Positions 1-9,641 of a stretch of DNA of 64,000 nucleotides are shown piece after piece. The notes under the pieces were generated by a model. The model saw nothing but the letters and a program-made list of their open reading frames with translations. It was not told the origin of the DNA and searched no databases. Position 1 is the first letter of the stretch. Each line of letters starts with the position of its first letter. Origin of the DNA: Escherichia phage PNJ1809-36; the sequence record MT944117.1; one strand, written 5' to 3'. The translations under genes and the position numbers were made by a program.

Positions 1-2399
1 CATTCTTCAACTTTAGCAAGGCATTCTTTATCAATTTTCTTTTGTTCTTCAGGATCGTCTACTTTCTTCCAACCTAATGATTCAGGTGAAAACCATTTAA
101 ATTCTACAAGGTTACGAGAAACTTCAAGCTGGGCTTCATCGTGATATGCAATCATTTGTTGCACGAAATCTTTATTCTTCCAGTCATCTTTAAAGAAGTC
201 AACACTTAGTCCTTCTTCTTCGATCATGTCGTCATAAATAACCATTGCACGTTTAGCACAGATAACCCCACCACTTTGGAACAGAGAGTTAAGAATCGCG
301 TGAGCAGAACGAGTAGGAACCTTACGACCGTCAATACCCAAAACATATTGTTTACCAGTCTTAACCCAGAAATCGTTTAAACGTTCTTTAAGACGCGCCA
401 ATGGGAATGCAGCTTCCCAGAAAGCATCAAACACCAATTGACCTGTAAACTTATCGCTACCAATTGTTTTAGCAACCTTGTCGGCTTGTGCACCATAGGT
501 AATACCATACTTAACAGATTTAGCAGGACTACGTTCAAATTTACGTCCGATAGTTTCAGTGATACGTTTTGCCATCATTGTGTGAACATCATTAGGTTTC
601 TCTAACAACAGAGCGTTACAATACTCGTGTGGCTCCGGCTCGTACCGCCAACAGTAGTGTGATTCAATTTTTGCTTCCAAAGAGTCGAAGTCGTAGCCGA
701 TCTGGAAGTATTTAGGAACCTCTACACCAAACAAGTTACGCATCTCCCATCCAAACAAAGATGTGACACGAGGAATATTAGCTACAGACCTATGCTTCAT
801 ACGAGAGGTTGCAGCATCACATGTAGCGGCTGGTGTAGGAATACGCCCATCCGCCCTTACTGCGGCTAAGAAACCTTTATCATATTCTTGATCTTCCTCA
901 TCTTCTTCCCAATCAGCACCGCCACCTAAAATAGAGTTCCTACGATGCTTATACGTTAAGTATTCTACAATCTGTGTAGCATAAGGAAACTTCTCACCCA
1001 AAGCTTGCAGGTTAGGACAAATTTCTTTTTCCTGACCTTTGGTAAAACATGGGTTAGTCAATACTTTAAGACCGCGACCTTTACCTTTTGCTATACGCTC
1101 TTGAATCTTCCTTTCCAAGGTTTCCGGTGTGCACTCCAAATGATCACAACGATCCTGACAAAAATTAGAAGATAAAGTTTGCTCAACGTAAGCTCGAATA
1201 CCTTTCTGAAGTTCTTCCTCGCTCTTTTTAATTTTGGTGCCAGATTTAAGCGTCAAGTCTTTATCTTTATATTCAGACGGTACCCAACCTAATCCTACAA
1301 GCCAGTTTTTAATATGGGTTGTATCGTTCAATGTTGCAGGAATGTTAGGATCACATAGAGGCTCATCTGCTGCAACTGGCAGTTTCCACTCTTTCCCCAA
1401 CATAACTAACCACCAATCGCCATCCCTCTCTTCCAAATGACCATCATGTTTCTTAGCAAAATTGATCATATGGTTAGTTGGCTCTAAGTTCTTTTTAATT
1501 TGCAACTTAGGTGGAATAAAAGCTTTAAGATAACCTTTTGTTGCTGGTTTAGGTGGCAAAATAGGCTCAACGAGTAAACGAAGACGCTCCATTTCTGCAT
1601 CCAAAAAAGCAAGGTTCTCTTCTGCTTGTTTCATGTTAAAAGCAAACCCACGGTGTTCCTGGCGTGTAATAATGTCTGCTACACGTTGTTCAAGTTCAAA
1701 TGGACCTTCCCATTTATCATAATCACCCCATTCTTCCATAAGGTAATTATATACGCTCGTATTGGCTTTGTTGTCATAGATACAGTAATAAAGCATATCC
1801 GCAGCAAAAGTCTTAAATCGATCTTCTTCTGGAATCTCTTTACGGAAATCTATTTTTACATCACCACCTGCTTTTCGAGAAAGTGCTGCCAAGCTATGTC
1901 CTGATTTGCCCTCAATCTTTCGATCTGGGTTTAACACTTTACTCAAAATCAAGGAGTCAATAAGTTTTACCTTATTTTTGCCCCACGTATTATATTTAAC
2001 ACTGTAATCTAATCCATAAAACAGTTTTGTAGCCAACCAGTCGTAGTTGATACCGTTGTGAGCCACAGCCATTTCAACCAGATATTCAGGCTTGTCTTTA
2101 AAATAACCTTCATGATTAATAAAATCTGGGAAATCTTTTAGTTGAAAATGTGTGTAATCTTGCGCCACATACTCTTTAAGAACATATGTGTATTTACCAT
2201 CTGACTCTTCATAAGGACGCCCATCAAAGATGTATTTAGGGCCATCGTGGAAAGCTACTATTTCTCCTGTTTCATGGTTCTCTAAGACAATACAGTGCAT
2301 TTGAAATGTGTCTTTGAGACGATAAGGACTAGCTAAATAATCAATAGTGTCATTATTCAACAATCCGTTTGCTTCAATATCCCATGTAAACTTACTCAC
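1..2399 (-). CDS. DNA polymerase, family A (T7 gp5-like), partial: 3' end runs off window
   Basis: Manual minus-strand translation is open from GTG at 2397-2399 (AAGGAGGA SD upstream, start overlaps methyltransferase stop by 1 nt) to position 1. N-terminus VSKFTWDIEANGLLNND resembles the T7 gp5 exonuclease motif (MIVSDIEANALLE). Downstream motifs YDFDSLEAKI, KSVKYGITYGA and IAYHDEAQLEV fit pol A motifs A, B, C. Not in ORF track because no stop lies in the window. Confidence 0.85.
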   Translation of the reverse strand, partial: MSKFTWDIEANGLLNNDTIDYLASPYRLKDTFQMHCIVLENHETGEIVAFHDGPKYIFDGRPYEESDGKYTYVLKEYVAQDYTHFQLKDFPDFINHEGYFKDKPEYLVEMAVAHNGINYDWLATKLFYGLDYSVKYNTWGKNKVKLIDSLILSKVLNPDRKIEGKSGHSLAALSRKAGGDVKIDFRKEIPEEDRFKTFAADMLYYCIYDNKANTSVYNYLMEEWGDYDKWEGPFELEQRVADIITRQEHRGFAFNMKQAEENLAFLDAEMERLRLLVEPILPPKPATKGYLKAFIPPKLQIKKNLEPTNHMINFAKKHDGHLEERDGDWWLVMLGKEWKLPVAADEPLCDPNIPATLNDTTHIKNWLVGLGWVPSEYKDKDLTLKSGTKIKKSEEELQKGIRAYVEQTLSSNFCQDRCDHLECTPETLERKIQERIAKGKGRGLKVLTNPCFTKGQEKEICPNLQALGEKFPYATQIVEYLTYKHRRNSILGGGADWEEDEEDQEYDKGFLAAVRADGRIPTPAATCDAATSRMKHRSVANIPRVTSLFGWEMRNLFGVEVPKYFQIGYDFDSLEAKIESHYCWRYEPEPHEYCNALLLEKPNDVHTMMAKRITETIGRKFERSPAKSVKYGITYGAQADKVAKTIGSDKFTGQLVFDAFWEAAFPLARLKERLNDFWVKTGKQYVLGIDGRKVPTRSAHAILNSLFQSGGVICAKRAMVIYDDMIEEEGLSVDFFKDDWKNKDFVQQMIAYHDEAQLEVSRNLVEFKWFSPESLGWKKVDDPEEQKKIDKECLAKVEE

Positions 2400-3193
2400 T
2401 ATTCCTCCTTTCTAATGTTCTCCAGAACCCACTGAAGTTCTTTTAAACTTAAACTTCTTACTCCCGCAGTTTTACTAGCTTCAGCTTTAAGTAACGGGTA
2501 AGCCTCAATGATACGCGTTTTAAGATCAGAAGTCAAGGCTTTTAAAAAATAGGTAGATGCTTCAGATAAAGAATCCTCTTCTGATAACACTTTACCTGCA
2601 CTTGCTCCCGCTCTCCTAACGGCTATGTCGTAGTCTTTACTGTTGCCTAATACGAATAGTCGATTTTCTCCTAAAACAACAGGAGAACGCTTCTCGTTGC
2701 GTTTAATCCATATCTGGAATACACAAGGAACATCCCAAGGTTCTCCATGAAGAATAAAAGATCCTTTTGGACATTCTTCTTCGTAAAGAAGATGCATGTG
2801 GGGATTTAGTCTGTGTGCAAAAAAGATTTTTTGAAATGTGCGAGGCAAGATAAAACAAATACCACCTTCGTTATCCAACATTTCAGCACAATGGTTAAAG
2901 AACTTAATGGCAAGACTAGCATTTTTTCCAAACGGAGGATTACCGACAAAAGCAGTTACACTACCAACAGACTCAATAGATTGAGCTAAAAAATCTGCCT
3001 CAATACAATCTTCAAACTTAGGGTCAATATCAAAAGAAGTTATGTTTTTAAAACAAGAAGAGAAAGCCCCTTCTCCCGCAGATGGTTCTACGTAGTTAGC
3101 TTCCTCTCCAAAAATTTCTTTGATCTTATCACATAAGAACCCCGCATAAGCGGGGTTAGTGTAATATTGATCAAGTGTGTTCAACTTGCTCAA
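2399..3193 (-). CDS. DNA amino-methyltransferase (N6-adenine/N4-cytosine class)
   Basis: 264 aa; AdoMet motif VEPSAGEGAF and catalytic NPPF (VGNPPFGKN); N-terminal QYYT. TTG start with AAGGAGGA SD. Confidence 0.7.
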   Translation of the reverse strand: MSKLNTLDQYYTNPAYAGFLCDKIKEIFGEEANYVEPSAGEGAFSSCFKNITSFDIDPKFEDCIEADFLAQSIESVGSVTAFVGNPPFGKNASLAIKFFNHCAEMLDNEGGICFILPRTFQKIFFAHRLNPHMHLLYEEECPKGSFILHGEPWDVPCVFQIWIKRNEKRSPVVLGENRLFVLGNSKDYDIAVRRAGASAGKVLSEEDSLSEASTYFLKALTSDLKTRIIEAYPLLKAEASKTAGVRSLSLKELQWVLENIRKEE

Positions 3194-3202
3194 TAGTCCT
3201 CC

Positions 3203-3634
3203 TTAGTTGTTAGCGAACTCAATAGTGAGGTCAACTTTACCATCGTCAGAAATAACCATGTTTTTGGTATTTTTAAAGATGATATCTACTTTACCTTCAC
3301 TTACACGACAGAATGCAACACCATCTGCAACTTTATCGATATAATATTTGTAAGAAAGAATACCCACTTTACTACGACCAGCACCTTTTGTGAAAGAAGG
3401 GCTTACATCGAAACGGAAACCTTTAGAAGAAACAACACGGTAAGAACGTCCAGTTGGAAGATGTTCAATAACAGAGACATTATTCTCAACAACTTTTACA
3501 GCAAACTCTTCAGGATGATCCTCAACAATCATATGTGGGATGGCAAATGCCAACGCTTGTTTGTGTTTAATAACACCAGCACCCAGAGCACCAGCAGCTT
3601 TAACTTTTGCATTCAGATCGATTGTCATACGCAT
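3203..3634 (-). CDS. hypothetical protein (143 aa), own promoter and upstream terminator
   Basis: ORF track; ATG with AAGAGGAGAAG SD; no motif recognised. Confidence 0.6.
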   Translation of the reverse strand: MRMTIDLNAKVKAAGALGAGVIKHKQALAFAIPHMIVEDHPEEFAVKVVENNVSVIEHLPTGRSYRVVSSKGFRFDVSPSFTKGAGRSKVGILSYKYYIDKVADGVAFCRVSEGKVDIIFKNTKNMVISDDGKVDLTIEFANN

Positions 3635-3667
3635 TTTTACTTCTCCTCTTGTTTGGTTGATGAGACA

Positions 3668-3696
3668 AGTATAAGTCTCTTCCGTAAAGTTGTCAA
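3668..3696 (-). promoter_or_regulatory. consensus sigma70 promoter (TTGACA-17-TATACT) for the 143-aa gene
   Basis: Minus-strand read TTGACAactttacggaagagactTATACT. Confidence 0.6.
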
Positions 3697-3705
3697 CAGG
3701 TATTT

Positions 3706-3726
3706 TTAATAAAAGGGCCGAAGCCC
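3706..3726 (-). terminator. intrinsic terminator after primase-helicase
   Basis: Minus-strand gggc-UUCG-gccc followed by UUUUAUU. Confidence 0.5.
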
Positions 3727-5505
3727 TTAATAGTTGCTATCCGTAGGCAAATTAGCAGGATTGTTGAAATACTGCTCTTTGTCATGCAGAGTTGCAGTTC
3801 TAATGTCATAGTAAAACTGCCCTGCCGGACCAGTTTCTGAGAACTCACGGTTTTTTAGGATAAAGCAATGAGTCGTATTGCGTTCTACAGGGTCTTCAGC
3901 GGCTTTATCTCGTTCCAAAGCCAAGGTAATACCAGCACCTTTAGCCAAGAAACTACTACCCATTGCATCGTCCTCTGTTAAGTGTTCATTGCCACCATTA
4001 GCCGATTTCTTAACGTGTGAGATGACAATAATAGTTATAGCATACTCTTTCATGATGCGCTTCAACCATGTTGCTAACTCTTCCTGGGCTTGAACATCCA
4101 TACCAGAAAGCAAATCAGAATAAGGGTCGATAACAAGAATTGTTACTCCAAAATAGATGATCATCTCCAAAACTTTTTCTTTGATAGACTCCACATCTGC
4201 TCCACGATCATCACACACATAAAAACGTGGTGATCCATCTTCTCTTTCGTAAAAATCTAGGATTTTTTCTTTATTCTCTTCCAAGATTTGAAATTTCTCT
4301 TCCGGTGTTTTCCTGTGTAGAGGAATATGCAGGAACGAGGACAACAGGTTACGAGAATATTTCTTATAAGTTGCTTCCAAGGACAGAATACCTAGGGTAT
4401 GTTCTGGGTGCGCAACAATAATATGTTTGGTGATCTCGTTCACCATCAAAGTTTTACCGATACTGGTCTTTGCCAGGATAACTGTAATCTCTTCCTCTAC
4501 TAAACCACCACCCAGCATGTTTGCAGCTACACGCATAAAAGGAGGCAAGGTAATCATCTTGGATTCCAAGCATTCTAATGCAGCTTCATACAAGACATTA
4601 GAAGCATAAACACCTGCTGGGGTGTATAGACGAGCACTCCAAAAAGCTTTTACGAAATCTTTTGCACGGCCTTCTTCCAGATACTGATTGGCATCCTTTA
4701 GATCCATCTGCATACGGTAGACTTTGTTACGAGGCAGCACCTTAACAATATTTTCAAATGCCTCATTACCTGCTTTGTCATTATCCATGCAAACAATAAT
4801 CTTCTTAAATTTTTCAAAGAAAGGATATTGTGCCTGAACTTGTTTATACATACTGGTTTCACCAGTTGTGCCACTAACTACTGCTGGAAGTTCATATTTG
4901 TTGTCCAAGTTTTCAGACAGCATTTGATAAGCTGCCAGAGCATCGTGTTCACCACCTGTAATTACCACAGTGTGAGAACGGTCTGCAAAACGAATTTGTC
5001 CAAAAAGATCTACATCTTTACCTACTTGACCAATAGGTTTACTGAAATCTTTAGGATGAATACGACGCTTAAAACCAACCAATTCTTTACCGATGGTAGT
5101 CGGATATAAACAACTTTCTACTACCATCTGATCTCCTTCCTGACGGTATTCATAACGAACACCATAGAAAGATGAAACTTTTTCTTTAATGCCTCGATAA
5201 CCACGTGGGTTGGTTGATGTTTCTTGAACAATTTTACGATGAATCTGTTTATTAAATTCCGAACCCACAATCTCCTCCTCTTCTTCTAAAACTTCACCAT
5301 TTTCTCGTAACCATTCTACGCTAGGAATAGTGTATTCACACGCAAAGCACTTAGCACCTTTATGCTCTCCATTAGAATCTAATCCATAAACCATCAGGTT
5401 ATTACGAGAGCGATCCTTGCCATTTTTCATGCAGCGCGGACAACCTGTATGCCCTTCCTTGCTAAGATCAACATCAAATCCATATTTAGTTATAATGTGC
5501 GACAC
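3727..5505 (-). CDS. DNA primase-helicase (T7 gp4-like)
   Basis: 592 aa; N-terminal Cys4 zinc ribbon (CPRC...CFAC), TOPRIM-like VVITGGEHDALAA, C-terminal helicase Walker A ILAKTSIGKT and Walker B LVIDPYSDL; GTG start with AGGAG SD. Confidence 0.8.
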   Translation of the reverse strand: MSHIITKYGFDVDLSKEGHTGCPRCMKNGKDRSRNNLMVYGLDSNGEHKGAKCFACEYTIPSVEWLRENGEVLEEEEEIVGSEFNKQIHRKIVQETSTNPRGYRGIKEKVSSFYGVRYEYRQEGDQMVVESCLYPTTIGKELVGFKRRIHPKDFSKPIGQVGKDVDLFGQIRFADRSHTVVITGGEHDALAAYQMLSENLDNKYELPAVVSGTTGETSMYKQVQAQYPFFEKFKKIIVCMDNDKAGNEAFENIVKVLPRNKVYRMQMDLKDANQYLEEGRAKDFVKAFWSARLYTPAGVYASNVLYEAALECLESKMITLPPFMRVAANMLGGGLVEEEITVILAKTSIGKTLMVNEITKHIIVAHPEHTLGILSLEATYKKYSRNLLSSFLHIPLHRKTPEEKFQILEENKEKILDFYEREDGSPRFYVCDDRGADVESIKEKVLEMIIYFGVTILVIDPYSDLLSGMDVQAQEELATWLKRIMKEYAITIIVISHVKKSANGGNEHLTEDDAMGSSFLAKGAGITLALERDKAAEDPVERNTTHCFILKNREFSETGPAGQFYYDIRTATLHDKEQYFNNPANLPTDSNY

Positions 5506-5517
5506 TTTGTTCTCCTG

Positions 5518-5796
5518 TTAAAATGGTTCGTTAGTCTCCATCATATATTCTGCTTCTAGTTCTTCCATGTGCTTTCTAAATTGGAAAGCAATTTCTGCTA
5601 CAGTTACATTTAAATCTTTTTCAAAAACTTCTGTAGAGCCTTCATAAAAACGAATACCGTCGATTAAAAGCCCTCCGTGGTAATCCCAATCACTTTCACG
5701 AGAAAGCGGGTTAGGCTCTTCATAATAGTAATCCACCTCCACGACTAAGGCTTTCCCGTTACGAGTGGTGTATTCAAAATCAAAAGTGTTAATCAT
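5518..5796 (-). CDS. hypothetical protein (92 aa)
   Basis: ORF track; operon context; no motif recognised. Confidence 0.5.
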   Translation of the reverse strand: MINTFDFEYTTRNGKALVVEVDYYYEEPNPLSRESDWDYHGGLLIDGIRFYEGSTEVFEKDLNVTVAEIAFQFRKHMEELEAEYMMETNEPF

Positions 5797-6740
5797 TATA
5801 GCTCCTCAAATAAAAGTCTACGACGCTCATTCAACACATCAATGTGATAATGAGTCCTGACATACTTAGCTAATGCTAATCCTTTCTCCATGCAAACATC
5901 GGGAGCACTTAATAAGTATTCCGTAATATCTTTCCACTCGGAAGGTGTTTCAGCAAAGAATAACAAATCTTTAAACTCTTGTGTATGATAATTCTCACGA
6001 GGAGAACAGATCAAAGGTAAACCCTTAGCACCTGCCTCAAGAATTTTAAGATTGCTTTTTGCATTATTAAACACGTTATCAATCAATGGCGCAAGACTGA
6101 TTTGATGACCATCGTAAGATTCCATGTAGTTAGCATATGGTCTTACACCTTCATAAACACAAGTTGGTGCTACATTTTCTCTGATTACAGACCATTCACG
6201 ACTACTTAAAACTTCAGAATCCCTACGAAAACCACATATTGTAAGATCTTTACCAAAATCGGGCAAGATAGCCAAGTCTTGTTTATGTGTTTCACTTCCA
6301 GCCCAGACTAATGGAGTTTTGGAGTAGCGATCACGGGTCAACACAAATTGACCTTCATCGTAAGGAAGACCATTAGGGATTATGTGCACATTATCATTGT
6401 ATTGTGAAAGTTCAACTTGCAAAGCAGGTGTCGTAGTTGTAACAAGATCGCTGTGCTCTAAAAACCATTTTAAATGTTCACGAATACCTGATTCAAAAAT
6501 ACCTTCTAACATGTGTCCTTTTGGAATAACTAAAGAGTCATCCAAATCCATAACCATTTTAAAGCCTAGGTTTTTAAGGGCTAAAAAGCCCTCTTTACCT
6601 TTTGTTGGCACTCCGTTAAAAACGAAAACGTTGTGTTTAGGTTGTGAAGAGAACTGCCTTGAGTAAGGCAGCACTACCCTATGGAAATCGCAGACACTAT
6701 AATTGATTCCGTTACGATTGTCAAGAATTATTTGTCCCAT
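5796..6740 (-). CDS. glycosyltransferase-like protein, GT-B type, paralog 1
   Basis: 314 aa; paralog of 6748..7695 (shared DYHRIV, VVWAG, SNLKILEAGAKG-P-I-CS); C-terminal E-x-G-x-x-G-x-P-I pattern typical of GT-B sugar-nucleotide domain. Confidence 0.45.
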   Translation of the reverse strand: MGQIILDNRNGINYSVCDFHRVVLPYSRQFSSQPKHNVFVFNGVPTKGKEGFLALKNLGFKMVMDLDDSLVIPKGHMLEGIFESGIREHLKWFLEHSDLVTTTTPALQVELSQYNDNVHIIPNGLPYDEGQFVLTRDRYSKTPLVWAGSETHKQDLAILPDFGKDLTICGFRRDSEVLSSREWSVIRENVAPTCVYEGVRPYANYMESYDGHQISLAPLIDNVFNNAKSNLKILEAGAKGLPLICSPRENYHTQEFKDLLFFAETPSEWKDITEYLLSAPDVCMEKGLALAKYVRTHYHIDVLNERRRLLFEEL

Positions 6741-6747
6741 ACTTCAC

Positions 6748-7695
6748 CTACAAACTTTCAATAACCTGGCGTCGCAACTCGTTTGCATCTGCCAGATTAT
6801 AATGTGTTCGAACATGTTCAGCCAAGAACAAGCCACGATCTTCCCGATAGTTTGGATTGCGAAGAAGCTTAACAATTTCGTAATGCCATTCTGCTTTATT
6901 CTCTGCGTAAGCAACAGCGCGAGCATCTACAGGGTTAAAATAAGGTAATACCTTAGAACAAACAATTGGAATACCTTTTGCTCCAGCTTCCAGGATTTTG
7001 AGATTACTTTTACAATTATTAAAATCATTATCTACCAAAGGAGCTATAGCAATAGCATGACTTTCGTAAACACTCATGTAATTATCTAAATCTTTTACAG
7101 CGGCTTTATATTTGGCATTTGGTAAATTTCTGCGAATCTTAATCCACTCTTGTCCCGTGATGCTTTGTGATGCTTCATATCCCGCAATAGTAAGAAGTTC
7201 ATCATCGAAAGTATTAGAGACTAGTCGTAAGTCTGGTTCGTGACTAGCACCGCCAGCCCATACAACAGGGGTACCGGATGAACGATCATTTGACAAAGTG
7301 AATTGTCCGCTATCAAAAGGAAGTGCATTTCGGATCACAACAACATTCCTATTTAAGTGACGGATCTTATATGCCAAATATTCCGTAGTCACAATAACCA
7401 CATCAGCAAGCTTAACCATAGCTACAATAGCATGAGTGTTTGACTCGTATAGGCTTGCTAAATAATGTTCTGGATTAAGTTGGTAAAAATCATCTAAGTC
7501 TACAACAACCTTAACACCTTGACGTTTCAAAGATAAAACGTATTCTGCACCTTTAGAGTGGATACGGTTAAACACAACAACATCTTTCTTAGGTTGAATA
7601 TTATTGTTGTTAAATGGTATAACAATACGATGATAGTCACAACCGCTGTGAGGTTTTGCATCAATTTTTAGTTTAGACCATTTTTTATTTGACAT
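6748..7695 (-). CDS. glycosyltransferase-like protein, GT-B type, paralog 2
   Basis: 315 aa; tandem paralog of 5796..6740; KSNLKILEAGAKGIPIVCS. Confidence 0.45.
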   Translation of the reverse strand: MSNKKWSKLKIDAKPHSGCDYHRIVIPFNNNNIQPKKDVVVFNRIHSKGAEYVLSLKRQGVKVVVDLDDFYQLNPEHYLASLYESNTHAIVAMVKLADVVIVTTEYLAYKIRHLNRNVVVIRNALPFDSGQFTLSNDRSSGTPVVWAGGASHEPDLRLVSNTFDDELLTIAGYEASQSITGQEWIKIRRNLPNAKYKAAVKDLDNYMSVYESHAIAIAPLVDNDFNNCKSNLKILEAGAKGIPIVCSKVLPYFNPVDARAVAYAENKAEWHYEIVKLLRNPNYREDRGLFLAEHVRTHYNLADANELRRQVIESL

Positions 7696-8368
7696 GTGCT
7701 AGTGCCTCCTCATAGGAAATTCGGATTTTCCCATTTTTAATATCCTCTAAAGATGCTTTATATTCTTCCCAGTTAATCCCAATAGCAGCCTCTTTCTCTT
7801 CTTTTGTCAGGTTAGCAAAAGGCATAGGATTGTTTCCAAAAACATCGTCTGGGTGGATATAAGCCATGATACGAAGTGGACAAGGTGTTGCCTGAATACC
7901 ATGATTCAAACCAGCAGCTTGCAAACGGTGTCCCCATTCAGCATCTTCAAAACCATAACCGTGAGTGTAAGGACGGAAATAACCCATCTTCTCAACAACA
8001 GCACGAGAATACATTGCAAATTGACACATTGCAAGTTCCCAGAGAATAACTTCTCCTTTGCTTCCAACAACTTTATCTTTGAAGTACTCCGGCATACCAA
8101 AGAAATCCCATCCTCCAGAGACAGCTTGATCTACAAAATATGTTTCCCATCCCTCCATGACTGGGTAGCAATCGTCGTCAAAAATAAACCAATAATCATA
8201 ACCTTCTTCATAAAACTGGTGCATAAGTTCATTCCTGGCATAAGCTACACCTTTACGATCTGGATCGTTGAATACTCGAAAATCTGCACGTGGATCTGTT
8301 ACAAGGTAGTCTTTAAGTGGACGGACACCTACAGTGATAACACCCACTCCGATTTTAATATTTTCCAT
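7685..8368 (-). CDS. glycosyltransferase, GT-A (DxD) type
   Basis: 227 aa; DxD motif WFIFDDDCYP and YGFEDAEWGHR resembling the GT2-family (W/Y)G-x-ED-x-E...R motif; AGGAGAG SD. Confidence 0.5.
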   Translation of the reverse strand: MENIKIGVGVITVGVRPLKDYLVTDPRADFRVFNDPDRKGVAYARNELMHQFYEEGYDYWFIFDDDCYPVMEGWETYFVDQAVSGGWDFFGMPEYFKDKVVGSKGEVILWELAMCQFAMYSRAVVEKMGYFRPYTHGYGFEDAEWGHRLQAAGLNHGIQATPCPLRIMAYIHPDDVFGNNPMPFANLTKEEKEAAIGINWEEYKASLEDIKNGKIRISYEEALAHVK

Positions 8369-8376
8369 TTTCTCTC

Positions 8377-8940
8377 CTAAATAGTTTTACTGTGATCATG
8401 ACAGTGCAATAAATGATGTATAGACCATTGAGGATTTATTTGACCTAATCTGTAAATGTGAAACAGATACATTCCCCGCATCAATCCTAACCTCTTTCCT
8501 TTTTCATGTAAAGTGCGAGAGAAAATTAAGTCGAATTGGATAGATTTTTCTTCGAAAGGAATTTCATTCCACAATGATTTTCTAAAAAGCAAAAAGAAAC
8601 CTGCCAGAGGTGTTCCGAAAGGAACTTCTTCAACACTCACTTTATGATATTCTCTTGCAATCTTAGCATATTCTATATGGTTTAGAATATCGGGATCATC
8701 GTTAATTTGGTTAGAGAAAAGCTGATAACCACTACCTAACCTGTTACAAGTTGCACCTATTACATCAAAAGGCGGGTTTGACATAACAAGCTCTTCAAGC
8801 ATAGATGGTTGATCAGGTAGGAGGAACATTGTATCGGTATCTCTTAAACACACCCAACTATCATCTGGAAGAACGGCAATGGCTTCATTGATAGCCTTGC
8901 CGATATTTCCTGTCAGATAGGGAGTAATATAATAAATCAT
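8377..8940 (-). CDS. putative nucleotide-sugar transferase (GT-A-like)
   Basis: 187 aa; candidate DxD (CLRDTDTMFL); GGAGGGG SD. Weak call. Confidence 0.35.
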   Translation of the reverse strand: MIYYITPYLTGNIGKAINEAIAVLPDDSWVCLRDTDTMFLLPDQPSMLEELVMSNPPFDVIGATCNRLGSGYQLFSNQINDDPDILNHIEYAKIAREYHKVSVEEVPFGTPLAGFFLLFRKSLWNEIPFEEKSIQFDLIFSRTLHEKGKRLGLMRGMYLFHIYRLGQINPQWSIHHLLHCHDHSKTI

Positions 8941-8956
8941 TCTCCCCTCCGTTATA

Positions 8957-9148
8957 TTAACTGTCAGCTACAATCCCACGTTTAATCATTTCTTGTTGGA
9001 TCTGAATCACACGATCTCGTGCTTCCATATATTCTTTAAAAGATTCTTGGAGATGGTCACGGGCTACGTCCCGTAGTTTAATCAGTTTGTCGTTTGTCAC
9101 TTCTTGAAGAGAGATCTCGCCAGTTTCATTGGTCCCAAGCGTTTTCAT
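8957..9148 (-). CDS. hypothetical protein (63 aa)
   Basis: ORF track. Confidence 0.4.
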   Translation of the reverse strand: MKTLGTNETGEISLQEVTNDKLIKLRDVARDHLQESFKEYMEARDRVIQIQQEMIKRGIVADS

Positions 9149-9356
9149 TTACAACCTCCTTAATAGCTACTGCACAGTTCTTACAAATACATTGACCTTT
9201 GTTCTTAGAAATTTCAATGTAAGGTTCATTTTCGTTTTCTCCGCGTCGTGAGTCGTATATTACTGTATTGAAGCAGACAACGCAAATGTTTTTAATAACG
9301 ACATATTTTTGCACTTTCTGTTTAGTGCGAAAATTGACTTCAATGACTTCTCCCAT
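9126..9356 (-). CDS. hypothetical Cys-rich small protein (about 76 aa)
   Basis: ORF track 9126..9404 trimmed to internal ATG whose start overlaps the upstream stop (TGATG); CVVC...CICKNC. Confidence 0.4.
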   Translation of the reverse strand: MGEVIEVNFRTKQKVQKYVVIKNICVVCFNTVIYDSRRGENENEPYIEISKNKGQCICKNCAVAIKEVVNENAWDQ

Positions 9357-9640
9357 CAATGAATCTCCCCTAAAATGTTGTTTTGAGACATTACTGCGGA
9401 GCATTCTACAGCATCATGAGTCCTTGCAAAACGCTCCCACAACACAGCATCTACTTTAAGAACCATACAAGGATAAATACTGTCGTTGATCATGTCAATG
9501 CTATATTTATCTACATCCTTTTCATCTTCCATAAACAAAGTAGCGTATGCTTCTAAATGCTTACGGGTGTAGTATACATCCTCTTCAGTAAGACCGACAA
9601 CCAGGTAACTTGCTACAACAACAGTATTATCTTCTTGCAT
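9356..9640 (-). CDS. hypothetical protein (about 94 aa)
   Basis: ORF track 9356..9703 trimmed to ATG at 9638-9640 with AAGGGGAG SD just after the hydrolase stop. Confidence 0.4.
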   Translation of the reverse strand: MQEDNTVVVASYLVVGLTEEDVYYTRKHLEAYATLFMEDEKDVDKYSIDMINDSIYPCMVLKVDAVLWERFARTHDAVECSAVMSQNNILGEIH

Positions 9641-9641
9641 T

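Noticed and set aside
1234-1904. Plus-strand ORFs 1234..1440 and 1626..1904 from the ORF track
   Set aside because: They lie antisense within the uninterrupted minus-strand DNA polymerase reading frame and have no RBS.
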